A stretch of 63,546 bases of DNA, counting the filler, from Octopus bimaculoides (Eukaryota), in assembly GCF_001194135.2 (NCBI RefSeq). It is 3 parts of 3 records of this genome, joined end to end, with 100 filler letters (N's around TTAATTAATTAA, not from the genome) between each part and the next. Parts side by side here need not be neighbours in the genome. Positions count along the whole stretch, not along the records: positions 1 to 18,310 come from NC_068983.1; positions 18,411 to 36,725 come from NC_068987.1; 1 more part is not named here. One strand, given 5' to 3'. Below, piece after piece: positions 14,557 through 26,229 of this stretch (position 1 is its first letter; each line of letters begins with the position of its first letter). The notes below the pieces were generated by a model, which was not told the origin of the DNA, searched no databases, and worked only from the letters and a program-made list of their open reading frames with translations. The position numbers and the translations under genes are program-made.

Positions 14557-14955
14557 TATGTGTATGCATAAATGTATATATACGAATATATGATGTATAC
14601 ATATATATGTATACGTATGTATAAATACACACACACACACACACACACACGCACACCCCCACACAGACGTATATATATATGAACATATATACATATACGT
14701 ATGCATATGTATATATATATATATGTATATATATATATGTATTATTACATATATGTATGTATATATATATGCATATATGGATATACATGTATGTATATAT
14801 ATATATGTATGCATATATGGATATACATGTATGTATATATATATGTATGCATATATATATGAATGTATATATAAATATATGCATATATGTATGTATATAT
14901 ATATAAAGTGTAGTATATTGCCACTTAAATGTGGCTGACCCCTAGGGGTGGATGT

Positions 14956-15001
<46 letters not shown>

Positions 15002-15012
15002 NNNNNNNNNNN

Positions 15013-15059
<47 letters not shown>

Positions 15060-15360
15060 TTATATAAATATATTTGTATATAAATATATGTATGTATTTA
15101 ATACCGTAAGACATTAATACCGAATGGCATTCGGTAATAATGTCTTACGTTTGCGTTGATTTTTATGCATTTCCCTGAAGAGAAGATTACATCTATCTCA
15201 ACATGACTCATTCCTTTGGAATGAACCCATTATAATCTTCTAAACATATGTCAGAAATAAAAGAAATCATTTGACACATGCGTATAACTGATGCGTATAA
15301 AGATTTACCATTCGTAATGAGATAAAAAAGCCAAAGCTGTGTAGATTTTAGAACAATTAG

Positions 15361-15408
15361 GTCTTACAGCTGTTTCTATGGTATTTATTATGTCCCTTCA
15401 TCGGAGAC
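15361..15408 (-). pseudogene. Decayed hammerhead motif, same family
   Basis: Minus strand GTCT-CCGATGA-A-GGGACAT...A-GAA-ACAGCTGT-A-AGAC; U4>C and a damaged stem II. Confidence 0.6.
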
Positions 15409-15880
15409 AGTGTGAGAAAATGGTTAAGCAGGTGTTAATTTAGATAAGATACTAGATAGAGAGCGAGGTGGAAGAACGAATATAGATGGATGATATGCAG
15501 GGATATTCTATTTGTAGATCTATAATTTAGGCAGAATCGTATAAATATAAGATTCCAATATTTTACGATTAAAATCCCATACTCTTTAAAATTGCTCATT
15601 CCAAATATAGAGTTTATATACAGTGTTATTGAATTAAATATTTAAATAGAACTCTTGATTCAATGACACTGTGTATTATCTCTATAGTTGGAATGATCCA
15701 TTTTAAAGGGTATTGGATTTTACTCATAAGTTATTGGAATCTTATATTTATACCATTCTGCCTAAATTATGGATCTACAAATACAATAACCTTGCATAAC
15801 TCGCATCTGTCTTCGTTCCTACGCTTCACTCTGTATTTCGTATCTTCTCTAAATTAACAATTGCTTAACCATCTCACACC

Positions 15881-15928
15881 TTCTCCGATGAAGGAATATA
15901 ATAATCAACCTGGAAATATCTATAAGAC
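15881..15928 (+). pseudogene. Decayed hammerhead motif, same family
   Basis: TTCT-CCGATGA-A-GGAATA...GAA-ATATCTAT-A-AGAC; strongly degenerate. Confidence 0.45.
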
Positions 15929-16168
15929 ATATTTATAACTGTTCTAAAATCTACACAGCATTGATCTTTTTATCTCATTGCGAAAAGTAAATCCGTATAT
16001 ACACACGCTGATATATGACCTAGGTTTGACCCCTTATTCGCAAAATTACCGAACTGGAGCTTAACTATGGTCTATCCACAGCACTTACTCAGCATTACCT
16101 GACTACTTTGAGTCACATTGACACCACTACCGCTCATAACTCTCTATATATTTATATATATATGTATG

Positions 16169-16224
<56 letters not shown>

Positions 16225-16244
16225 NNNNNNNNNNNNNNNNNNNN

Positions 16245-16543
16245 GCCTTGTGAGTGGATTTGGTAGACGGAAACTGAAAGAAGCCTGTCGTATATATGTA
16301 TATATATATATGTATGTGTGTATGTGTTTGTATGTCTGTGTTTGTCCCCCGAACATCGCTTGACAACCGATGCTGGTGTGTTTACGTCCCCGTAACTTAG
16401 CGGTTCGGCAAAAGAGACCGAAAGAATAAGTACTAGGCTTCCAAAGAATAAGTCCTGGGGTCGATTTGCTCGACTAAAGGCGGTGCTCCAGCATGGCCAC
16501 AGTCAAAAGACTGAAACAAGTAAAAGAGTAAAAGAGTAAAAGA
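16245..16543 (+). mobile_element. SINE family A, 5' end lost in gap
   Basis: Matches the family A body and (gtaaaaga)n tail. Confidence 0.9.
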
Positions 16544-16654
16544 ATATATATATATATATATATGTGTGTGTGTTTGTGTGTGTGTGTATATATGCACATG
16601 TATCTATAGATATATCTGTACATAAATATTTATATATATGTTTGTACATGTGTG

Positions 16655-16688
<34 letters not shown>

Positions 16689-16867
16689 ATATATATATAT
16701 ATATGTACTTATATGCATGTGCATGTAAATATATGTGTAAGCATATATATATTTATGCACATACATGTATGTATATGCGTGTATAAATTAATGTATTTAT
16801 CTATATTTATGTATGTATATGTCTGCATATGTTTATATCTAAGTATATGTTTCTATGTATGTCTATT

Positions 16868-16929
<62 letters not shown>

Positions 16930-16941
16930 TGTATATGTATA

Positions 16942-18185
16942 TACGAGCGGAGTATGAAAAGTCTTGAGCTTCAAAGAAACAAAATATGGTACAAGACTTC
17001 TCATGATATATTTTTCGACATAGTCCCCCTCAATGGCTGAACATTTTCTCCAGCGGTGCTGAAGCGCCACTATCCAGGCGTAGAAGAACTCTTTTGTTTG
17101 AGTCCCGAAGAACCTTCCTACAGCGTCTATGACATCATTGTCACTGGCAAAGTGGCGACCAGCCAGGGCTTTTTTAAATTTGTGGAAATATTCTGGCGAA
17201 TAAGGTGGATGGGGAACATGTTCGTATCAACAATCACGAATCATTGCCATGGTAACCACTGAGGTGTGGGCTCGAGCATTGTCATGATGGAGACGGACCC
17301 CTCTGGTGAGCATTCCCGGCATTTTTTCCTTTGTTTCTCGGAGATGTTTTAGAAGCTGAGAATAACACAGCCCTGTCTCGGTGTGACCATTTTCAAGTTA
17401 ATCGATCACCTTTAGAATCCCCCAAAATCGGTCGCCTTGACCTTGGCAGCTGAAGGAATGACCCTGGTCTTCTTTAGGTTAGGAGAAGATGTGTACTTCC
17501 ATTGCTTTGATTTTTCCTTAGTTTCAGTCTGGTAGTAAAGTACCAATCTTTTGCCTATAGTAATGAAACGAGCACGAAAATTCTTTTCATCGGCTTCAAA
17601 CAGTTCCAGATTGCTCGTGCGCTCCTGTTCAGGTAACAAAAGGCGAGGGACCGAACTTACAGAAACCTTTGAGAACCCAAGTTCTTTTCTCATAATGTTG
17701 TCTGCTCTTTCGGTTGAGATGCCCAGTCTCTCGCCTGTATGATGATATGATATTCAGTGATCTGGCATTATCCTACCAAGTGCAAGATCAAAGTTGCCTT
17801 TGGTGGTTGCAGTTGGAGTTATCCCTGGTCTGGGATCATCTTACACATTCTCCTTGTCACGCTTGAATTCATTTACCCAGCATATGACTGTTGCATATGA
17901 AGGGGTATTGTCTGTTAAGTTTCTCACAATATGTTCATGGATTTCTGATGGAATCATGCCTTTCGAATGGAGGTACTTTTTGACAGCACGATACACAGTT
18001 TTCTCCATTTTCGTTGTAAAATCGAGGCTTGTTTATTCAAGATTCCGCAACAAAATTAATAGAACAGAATCATGAAAATGAGCAAGAATAGTAGGCAAAT
18101 ATGGTACTTACGACAAAACATTGTTTCAGCTATATAGCAGACCCATTTCTAGGTTAGGCTCCAAACATTTCATACGACACTCATA
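16942..18185 (-). mobile_element. Decayed mariner transposon (irritans/Himar1-like), about 1.24 kb with TIRs
   Basis: TIR tacgagcggagtatgaaaagt at 16942 matches its counterpart at 18165-18185 at 16/21 positions. Transposase from ATG 18008 (MEKTVYRAVKKYLHSKG...; FSKVSVSSVPRLL; ITIGKRLVLYYQTETKEKSKQWK...KKTRVIPSAAKVKAT) with stops and frameshifts. Confidence 0.9.
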
Positions 18186-18249
18186 TATGTATATATGTAT
18201 GTATACATGTACGTATATGCATACATGTCTGTATGTATATATATGTACA

Positions 18250-18310
<61 letters not shown>

Positions 18311-18410
18311 NNNNNNNNNNNNNNNNNNNNNNNNNNNNNNNNNNNNNNNNNNNNTTAATTAATTAANNNNNNNNNNNNNNNNNNNNNNNNNNNNNNNNNN
18401 NNNNNNNNNN
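18311..18410. other. Artificial assembly spacer (44 N + TTAATTAATTAA + 44 N = 100 bp)
   Basis: Exact symmetric layout. TTAATTAATTAA gives stops in all six frames. Identical structure recurs at 36726-36825. Confidence 0.95.
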
Positions 18411-18476
18411 TATATATATATATGTATATGTGTGTGTGCATATATATATATATATATGTATATGTGTGTGTGCATA

Positions 18477-18533
<57 letters not shown>

Positions 18534-19286
18534 ATACACACACACACACAAACACATATACAAACACATGTATGACAGGCTGCTATACAGTTTCTGTCCA
18601 GCAAATTCATTCAGAGGCATTGATTGGTTCACGGCTGTTAGTAAAAGATAATTGCCCAAAGTACTGCAGGACATGAAATGACATGCTTACAAAAGAAATT
18701 CTTGACTTCTTAAAAGCCATGCCTTGGTCAATGTTTACTATCAATAATTTCAAAATCAATTAGTAATTGCCCAGCTGTTGTTCTATTGGTGATAGTTAAT
18801 AATGTAATGGACAGATATGTGTGTACATCGGGGTTACTAAATGTAATGTTAAGGTGTGTTGGGTCACCATATGTAGATAGTTGAAAGCAGAATGAAACAG
18901 TACAATAACAACATTGAAGAGAAAAGGAATAATATTCACCAACTTATTTCCTGGTAGTGGTTAGTAAAATATACATAGCAGTAATTGACAATAGTAATGT
19001 TGCATTGGTGGCTTGATGGTGGTTGATAGTGTATAAGTTGTGCATTCTGCTGATAGAGGGGAAGAAAGAGTAAGGATTACATTGCCCCTTTCTATTTGGT
19101 CGAAGCTATTGCTCCTGGTTACCGATTGACATGAATAGAGATGTGTGTTCTCTATTAGCTGGTTGAACCGAAGAGCACAAGAGAGAGATGATCTCAGTTA
19201 TATAGAGTATGGCCAGGAAGTAGATCAAACCTAAAACAATGGACTGATCCTTCAGTTATGAACAAAAGTCTTAGGAGGTCAGATGT

Positions 19287-19665
19287 TTCTCATTAATCTC
19301 TCAGCATGGAGATAAAACACAATGGAATCAGACAGTTGTCTGAGAAGCAACGTGTATGTAGATTCAGTTTTGGAATCTCAGTTAGACGGGGCTAATCAAG
19401 CTCCTATGCCACTCCCTCCATAGAGAGTTTCTAGAAAGGAAAAAAAAATGGAAATGAACGATCTAGGGAAAGTTGCTTAACCCTGACTAACTGAGATTTG
19501 AAACTGAATCTACACACTTGTTGCTTGTCAGATTATTCTCTGATTCCAATGTGTTTTCTCTCAATGCTGGGAGATTAATGAGAATGGAAACAGACAGTCG
19601 TCTGACAAGCAGAAAGCATGTAGATACGGTTTTGAATTTCAGTTCGGCAGGGCTAAGCAAGCTCC
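19287..19665. repeat. Foldback repeat: unit A (19287-19401), inverted unit B (19470-19584), partial direct unit C (19591-19665)
   Basis: The reverse complement of B (ttctcattaatctcccagcattgagagaaaacacattggaatcag...gtagattcagtttcaaatctcagttag) matches A. C repeats the 3' two-thirds of A. Confidence 0.85.
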
Positions 19666-19869
19666 AACAATAGACTTCTTACTGTAGTTATTGAAGTTAC
19701 AAAATATCGCTCTGGGTCAATCTGAAGTCATGTGAGAAGAACTGTTTTGATGGAAACTGTATATAGTCCATCATAAAAACTGTACCTGTGGTTGAATAAC
19801 CGATCTTGTAATACTGTAATATTCTTGTTAGTCCTCATTATTCTGTAAGGAGCATAAGGCTAGTTTCCC

Positions 19870-20072
19870 CGTTTCTCTGGTGTGTATATTCCTCCCTAGA
19901 TGGAACACCAGTCAGTCACAGGATTACTCGTTTTTACCAGCTGAGTGTATGGAAGCAATGTGAAATGAAGATTTTTTTTCACTCAAGAACACAACACATC
20001 ACCTAGTCCAGGAATTGAAACCATGCTCTTACAATCATGAGCCCAGCACCCTAACCACTAAGCCATGTGCCT
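19870..20072 (-). mobile_element. tRNA-derived SINE family B (V/Meta-core-like)
   Basis: Minus-strand tRNA-like head ggcttagtggttagggtgctgggctcatgattg..ggtttcaattcc, then gtgttgtgttcttgag and cactcagctgg..cctgtgactgactggtgttccatctaggg. Confidence 0.7.
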
Positions 20073-20131
20073 CCACCACTGTAATATTCTGCCTGAGAAT
20101 ATTTAACCCTTTAGCATTCAGATTATTTTGT

Positions 20132-20626
20132 CAGGCATGGCTATGTGATAAGAAGCTTACACCCCAATCACGTGGTTCCAGGTTCAGTCCTACTGTATGG
20201 CACCTTGGGTAAGCATCTTCTAATATAACATTGAGTCAACCATGCCTTTTGAGTAGATTTGTTAGGCAGAAATTGAAAGAAGCACATCGTGTGTGAGTGT
20301 GTCTGTGTGTATGTGTGTGTCTGCATGTTTGTGTGTTTGTGTGTGTGTGTTTGCCTCTGTGTGTGTGCGTGTGTATTTGTGTGTGTGTATGTGTGTTTGT
20401 GTGTGTGTGTGTGTGCATGTTTGNNNNNNNNNNGTATGTGTGTTTGTGTGTGTGTGTGTGTGCATGTTTGTTACCCCCCCCCACTACTTAACCAGTGTTG
20501 GTTTGTTTACATCCCTATAACTTAGCAGCTTGGCATAAGGGACTGATAGAATAAGTACCCGGTATAAAAAGGAAAAAATGAGTTTGGGGGTGAAATTGTT
20601 CAACTAACCCCTTGAAGGTGGTGCCT
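20132..20626 (+). mobile_element. SINE family A (CpG-decayed)
   Basis: Family A head, internal (GT)n, and 3' body. Confidence 0.85.
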
Positions 20627-20699
20627 TTATTCATTTTCTTTTGAATTAATAATGCATTATCTTATAGCTGTGAGATTTCGATGATATGATTCTTTTCCA

Positions 20700-20832
20700 T
20701 TCTAGACACAAAGCCCAAAAGGATAAAAGGCAAAGTCAACCTCGGCAGAATTTGAACTCAGAATATAGAAACAGACGAAATACCGCTAAGCATTCCACCC
20801 GGCATACTAATGTTTCTGCCAGCTCACCACCT
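20700..20832 (-). mobile_element. tRNA-derived SINE family C (Nin/Deu-core-like)
   Basis: Minus strand ggtggtgagctggcagaaacattag...ttctgagttcaaattctgccgaggttgactttgccttttatcc. Confidence 0.8.
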
Positions 20833-21550
20833 TATTTTGATGATATAATTGTACGATAGGTGTGAGAGGCCAGATCTGGCTGATTTGAACATTAAAGCAG
20901 GTAGAAATATTTGGAATAGATACGGCTGGTTCAAATGCCAAAGAGTTAAAGTACGTGTCCTTGGAATACTCAATAACATGCATTAAATTTTAATGTGTAT
21001 ATAGTTCCAACGTCTGAACAACTAGAGCATGAATAAATTGATGCTGATATAAAAATATATCATACATGTGTGCATGGGAGAGAGAGGGGGCGAGAGAAAT
21101 AGAGAGAAAGAGAGAGGGAAGAAGACAGAGAAAGGAAGAGAGAGACAGACAGACAGACAGACAAAGAAGGAAGAAGACAGAGAAAGGGAGAACTAGAGAG
21201 TATGTGTATGAGTTGTGAGTCTATGTGTGTATGTATGTGTGTGCCTGTGTGTGAAGGTAGATGTTTACTTGTTTTGGATGTTGGGATCACAATCATAAGG
21301 TTGTGTGTTCAATTCTTGGACTGCATATCTTTGAGTAAGGCTCTTCATTTTACCTTATTCTAGTCTACTTAGCCGAAATCAATATCAGCAACTGTTGGTG
21401 CAGCCTCTCTCCTTTTGATACAGTTGTCTCACTTTGGTTGCTATTCTGGGTTGATGGTGTGACAGTTAAAAAGATATTTATGTCTCCTCATATCTACATA
21501 TGTATTCTAAAAGAATTAATGAGAATGTGTACATGTTATCAAGTTGTACT

Positions 21551-21790
21551 TGTCATCATCATCATCATCATCTTATGATTTTAATGTACACTTTTCTTTG
21601 CTTGCATGGGTCAGATGGAATTTTGTTGAGGCAGATTTTCTTTGGCCAGATGCCCTTCCTGTCACCATCTCTCACCTGTTTTCAAAGAAGGTAAAATTTC
21701 CCTATGACCAGACATGGAAGATTAGAAATGGGGGACACTGCTTGCATGATGGTAACTTGTTTATGACTATCACTTGATATCAAGGCAAAG
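21551..21790 (-). mobile_element. Retroelement 3' tail with (ATG)n end (RTE-type tail SINE/LINE, family D)
   Basis: (CAT)n followed by ...gttttct.tggccagatgcccttcctgtcacca.ctctcacctgtttt; second copy at 30480-30620. Confidence 0.55.
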
Positions 21791-21861
21791 AGACAATAAC
21801 ACACACATACACACACTTGCATGCATGTACACACACACACACACACACACGCACACACATT

Positions 21862-22492
21862 TTGTCTTTTATCTTTTACTTTACTTTTTCACTCATTGGA
21901 CCGTGGCCATGCTGGTGCACCACCTTGAAGGATTGTAGTTGAACAAATCAACCCCAGTACGTTTTTTTCTTAATGCCTAGTACTTATTCTATAGATTTCT
22001 CATGCCAAACCACTAAGTTACATGGACGTAAACAAACCAACATCATACTGTTCTATATTTTTGTGATGAGGAATTCTGTACATTATTTACATTATTCACA
22101 TTGGATGGATATGTATCCTCATCTTGTTTGTTGTTAATAAGCTGAAACGTTGAATAAATCAGCCGAAATGTTATGGTAACAAACAGGATGAGGACTCATA
22201 TCCGTCCAATGTAAATAATGTAAATAAAACCAATATCAGTTGTCAAGCAGTGGTGGAGGATAAACACAGACACACACAGATATATACTTGTGTGTGTGTG
22301 TGAGTGTGTGTGTGTGTGTGTGTGCTTGTATTTATGACGGGCTACTTTCATTTTTCATCTACCAAATCTACTCACAAGTCTTTGGTCAGCCCATGACTAT
22401 AGTAGAAGACACTTGCCCAAGGTGCCATGCCATGAGACTGAACCCAGAAGAAACGTGTGGTTGGGGAGCAAGCTTCTTAACAATAGCCAAGC
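21862..22492 (-). mobile_element. SINE family A interrupted by a 180-bp insertion (22046-22226)
   Basis: Family A tail to head on the minus strand. The insertion is flanked by aaaccaacatca / aaaccaatatca. Confidence 0.85.
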
Positions 22493-22497
22493 TTATG

Positions 22498-22619
22498 TAT
22501 GAATGAATGAATGAATGAATGAATGAATGTATGTATGTATGTATGTATGTATGTATAGCTAGATAGATAGATAGATAGGTAGATAGATAAATACATAGAT
22601 AGACAGATAGACAGATAGG

Positions 22620-22674
<55 letters not shown>

Positions 22675-22720
22675 GTAGATAGGTAGATAGATAGACAGAT
22701 AGATAGGTAGATAGGTAGAC
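22498..22720. repeat. Compound (ATGA)n-(ATGT)n-(AGAT)n tetranucleotide microsatellite
   Basis: Directly visible. Confidence 0.95.
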
Positions 22721-22784
22721 ACACAAGCACACATACACTCACACACAAGCACACACACACTCACACACACACACGCGCATGCAA

Positions 22785-23010
22785 CTTAGGGGTTAGGGTG
22801 CTGCACTCAGGATTGCAAAATTGTGGCTTTGATTCCTGCACCAGGTAATGTGTTTTGTTCTTGAGCAAAACATTTCCTTTCACATTGCCCCAATCCATTC
22901 AAGTGATAAAAATGTGTAATCTTGTGATGGACTACTGTCTCATCCAGGTGTAAATATATATATCACAGAATCCAGGAAACTGGCCTTATGATCCTGATTC
23001 AGGAAGGACC
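22785..23010 (+). mobile_element. SINE family B
   Basis: Same body as 19870-20072 in the opposite orientation. Confidence 0.65.
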
Positions 23011-23033
23011 TTTTGATATGTATGTATGTATGT

Positions 23034-23407
23034 GCTGGAGGCACAATAGCCCAGTGATTAGGGCAGCGGACTCGTGGTCATAGGATCACGGTTTTGATTC
23101 CCAGACTGGGTGTTGTGAGTGTTTATTGAGTGAAAACACCTAAAAGCTCCATGAGGCTCCGGCAGGGGATGGTGGCGACCCCTGCTGTACTCTTTCACCA
23201 CAATTTTCTCTCACTCTTCCTTCCTGTTTCTGTTGTACCTGTATTTCAATGGGCCAGCCTTGTCGCGCTGAATATCCCCGAGAAATACGTTAAGGGTACA
23301 TGTGTCTGTGGAGTGCTCAGCCACTTGCACGTTAATTTCACGAGCAGGCTGTTCCGTTGATCAGATCAACTGGAACCCTCGACGTCGTAAGTGACGGAGT
23401 GCCAACA
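23034..23407 (+). mobile_element. Further tRNA-derived SINE, apparently full length
   Basis: Head ggcacaatagcccagtgattagggcagcggactcg...ggttttgattccc with A/B-box-like motifs; distinct body; tail ggaaccctcgacgtcgtaagtgacggagtgcca. Confidence 0.75.
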
Positions 23408-23437
23408 CACACACATGTGTGTATGTATGTATGTATG

Positions 23438-23620
23438 AAGTCAGGTCAGCTATGGCTTTGGCTATTCTAACTGGAACTTTAGAAAGTTGAAGGGTTTCTA
23501 GCATCCATGAGTAGGGAACAGAGTCAAAGGCTTTCTTGTAGTCTAGCCACATTGAAACTAGGTTCCTCTTATGCTCTCGCACCTCTGAAATAACAGTATT
23601 GTTGATTAACAATTGCTCTG
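23438..23620 (-). mobile_element. R4/Dong-type non-LTR reverse transcriptase fragment
   Basis: TEQLLINNTVISEVREHKRNLVSMWLDYKKAFDSVPYSWMLETL matches R4-clade RT motifs. Confidence 0.8.
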
Positions 23621-24144
23621 TACATGTATGTATGTATGTATATGTGCGTGTATATATGAGTGTATGTATGTACATATGTATATACATATTTATCTGCAGC
23701 AAAAGGCTCTTCAGACAGCTTATCTGTGAAACAGATAAACTGTTTGCATCTATAAAAGAGAATAGGAAAAATCACTGGACCTTCTTAAGACTTAAAGGAT
23801 CATGGTTTAGGGAAGATGTTTTCCTTTACAACCTTGCATATGGATTCTGAATACAATGGGTAAATGGAACTGTGAGATAGCAGATATAGTTTGTGTGTGT
23901 ATGCAAGAATGCATCTACAAGCTTAAGTCTGATATGGTGTGGTAGTTTTAGCTTATGGAAATGTTTTGGTTGATCTTTGGTTTCTATACTAGTGTGTGTT
24001 TGCATGTATACTGATGGGAGATAAGCAATAAAAGAGAACCATAAATCACTTGATAAGTAAAAGAATGAGAAATAAGAAGCTATTAAAAAAGTTATTATAT
24101 TACAGTCCTTGGAGGTTAAGTATGGGCTGCCACTTTTGCAAGTG

Positions 24145-24189
<45 letters not shown>

Positions 24190-24412
24190 ATCAGGCAACT
24201 TGTTGCGTGAGGGTATGTCAATCATTGTATGTACTTGTGTATATGTGCATGCTAGGAATGTGGGATATATTAGCGTGATACTATATTAACATATACATGT
24301 ACATGTGTGTGTTTTGTATTGATAAGTAAATATGTTTGAATTTGTGGTCAAGGTTGGTCCTGATGTGTGTCTATGTGTGCATGTATGCATGTGTGTGTGA
24401 GCGTGTGTGTAT

Positions 24413-24471
<59 letters not shown>

Positions 24472-24899
24472 CAGTTATGTGGTTAGTGAGGCTCTGTATT
24501 GTTAATCTCTGAGAGTTTACTCAAGTTAGAGTTTACTCAAGCTAGAGTTTATTAACATGTGTATACATGTGAATATGGATCTGTGTGATGTTATACAGAA
24601 TATTTGATTGATACATGGGTGTAGATGTGCATATGTATATGGTTTGTGCTTGTCTGTGTTTATATGTGTATTGTGTGCATGTGTGTATGTGTAGTTTTCA
24701 TACTGAACCAGGTATGTATACCTTCAGGAATTTTGTGCATACATGTGTTTGCAATGTGTTTAGTATATATATGTGTTAATGAATGTATATGTATGTGCTT
24801 GTGTTTATCCATGGATGTATATTTAAAGCTTAGTGAGTGGGTATCTATACACAGAAATGTGTGTGTGTATGTGTGTGTGAGTGCATGTATGTATGTATG

Positions 24900-25310
24900 T
24901 ATGTCATTATTCAGGTTTATTTCAAGAATTCTTGCCAATAGAAAAAGAGCCAGTTTCTAATATAGATCCAAGGCTCCATCATTGGAATTTCAACATCAAC
25001 AGAATATTTTCACATATATGTGTGTGTATCTGTGCAGATATGTACGTTGTTTCATGCATGTTTTCTCATGCATATACTAGCATATCTAGACATGCACATA
25101 CTTAAATGATAAACTTCTGGAAAGTTTTACAAATTTTGACAGTTCCGTTGATGGTGTGAATCTGTAATCGTCTAATTAGCTTATTCCTTTCTGGTTTTGA
25201 GAAGTCTAATTTCTCAAACTTGGTATTTAGGTAGTGTGTTACATATCCCAATGCTCCAATAATTACAAGTATAAACCTGAACTTGTAATATAGTACCATA
25301 ACTGTAGATT
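24900..25310 (-). mobile_element. R4/Dong-type element C-terminus and 3' UTR
   Basis: FILVIIGALGYV...RRLQIHTINGTVKICKTFQKFII* resembles the end of the REL domain. The 3' UTR runs into (CATA)n. Confidence 0.65.
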
Positions 25311-25768
25311 TTTCAATAGTTCAGCGTAGGTATTTTCTTTTTCACTGATCTTTAGCCTTATGTTAACATCTGCTGGTCAGCTGATTTTCCTGTACATACA
25401 TACGTACACATGTACATATGTATGTATGTATGTATGTATGTATGCATGCATGTATGAATGCATGCATGTGTATATGTATAGATGTACATACTTACGTACA
25501 TGCATACAGTTCCTTTTCATCTTTTTGGGACTAATGAAAAAGTACTGTCAGTGTGGAAGATAGTCAGATGTCAAAGAACTAGATGAAATACTTTGCAGTA
25601 TTTGCTTTCACTCTGTGTATTATGAGTTCAAACTCTGTTTCACTAGAAAAAAACTGACCCCTTCAGCGTTTATCAAGAATGGTGGTAGGTTTGGGAAGTT
25701 TTTGAGCAGGTAGCCAAGCATTTCAGTAGATCACTTACTGTACTGTCCAACATGGTAGCAGGATTGAA

Positions 25769-25805
<37 letters not shown>

Positions 25806-26167
25806 TTATAATAAAAACCACAAGTCTTGTGAAATACAGCCGCCCAGGACTTTGTGGTCAAAACATTAATTTATTTCACCATTTATCAAGCTGAAAACAA
25901 GACCATTTGTCACTTGCATTCAAGGCATATGACATTTTAAACAAGAAACGTGTTCCCTGTTCAAACGTTATCTGCTTTGAATATAAGAGACAAATGGTCT
26001 TATTGTCAGTTTTATATGGTGGAATAAATTAATGTTTGGCCCCAAACCCTGAACAGCTTATTTCACATGACTTGTGGATTTCATAGCATTGCCTTTACTC
26101 TCTTAGCTGATCAAGTGCTATTCTACTTATTGAAGCCTTATCACTCACAATATACATATTATTTATG

Positions 26168-26216
<49 letters not shown>

Positions 26217-26229
26217 GTAAAAATATGTG

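Larger units (their letters stand above)
15316..15979. repeat. Long inverted repeat of Penelope pLTR-like sequence (arms 15316-15612 and 15680-15979)
   Basis: Arms align as reverse complements over about 295 bp, e.g. atttgtagatctataatttaggcagaatcgtataaatataagattccaata vs tattggaatcttatatttataccattctgcctaaattatggatctacaaat. Each arm holds a decayed hammerhead. Confidence 0.9.
20107..20945. mobile_element. piggyBac-like MITE with TTAA TSD, containing nested SINE A and SINE C
   Basis: TTAA-CCCTTTAGCATT ... AATGCCAAAGAG-TTAA. Interior matches the uninterrupted copy at 32485-32729. Confidence 0.6.
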
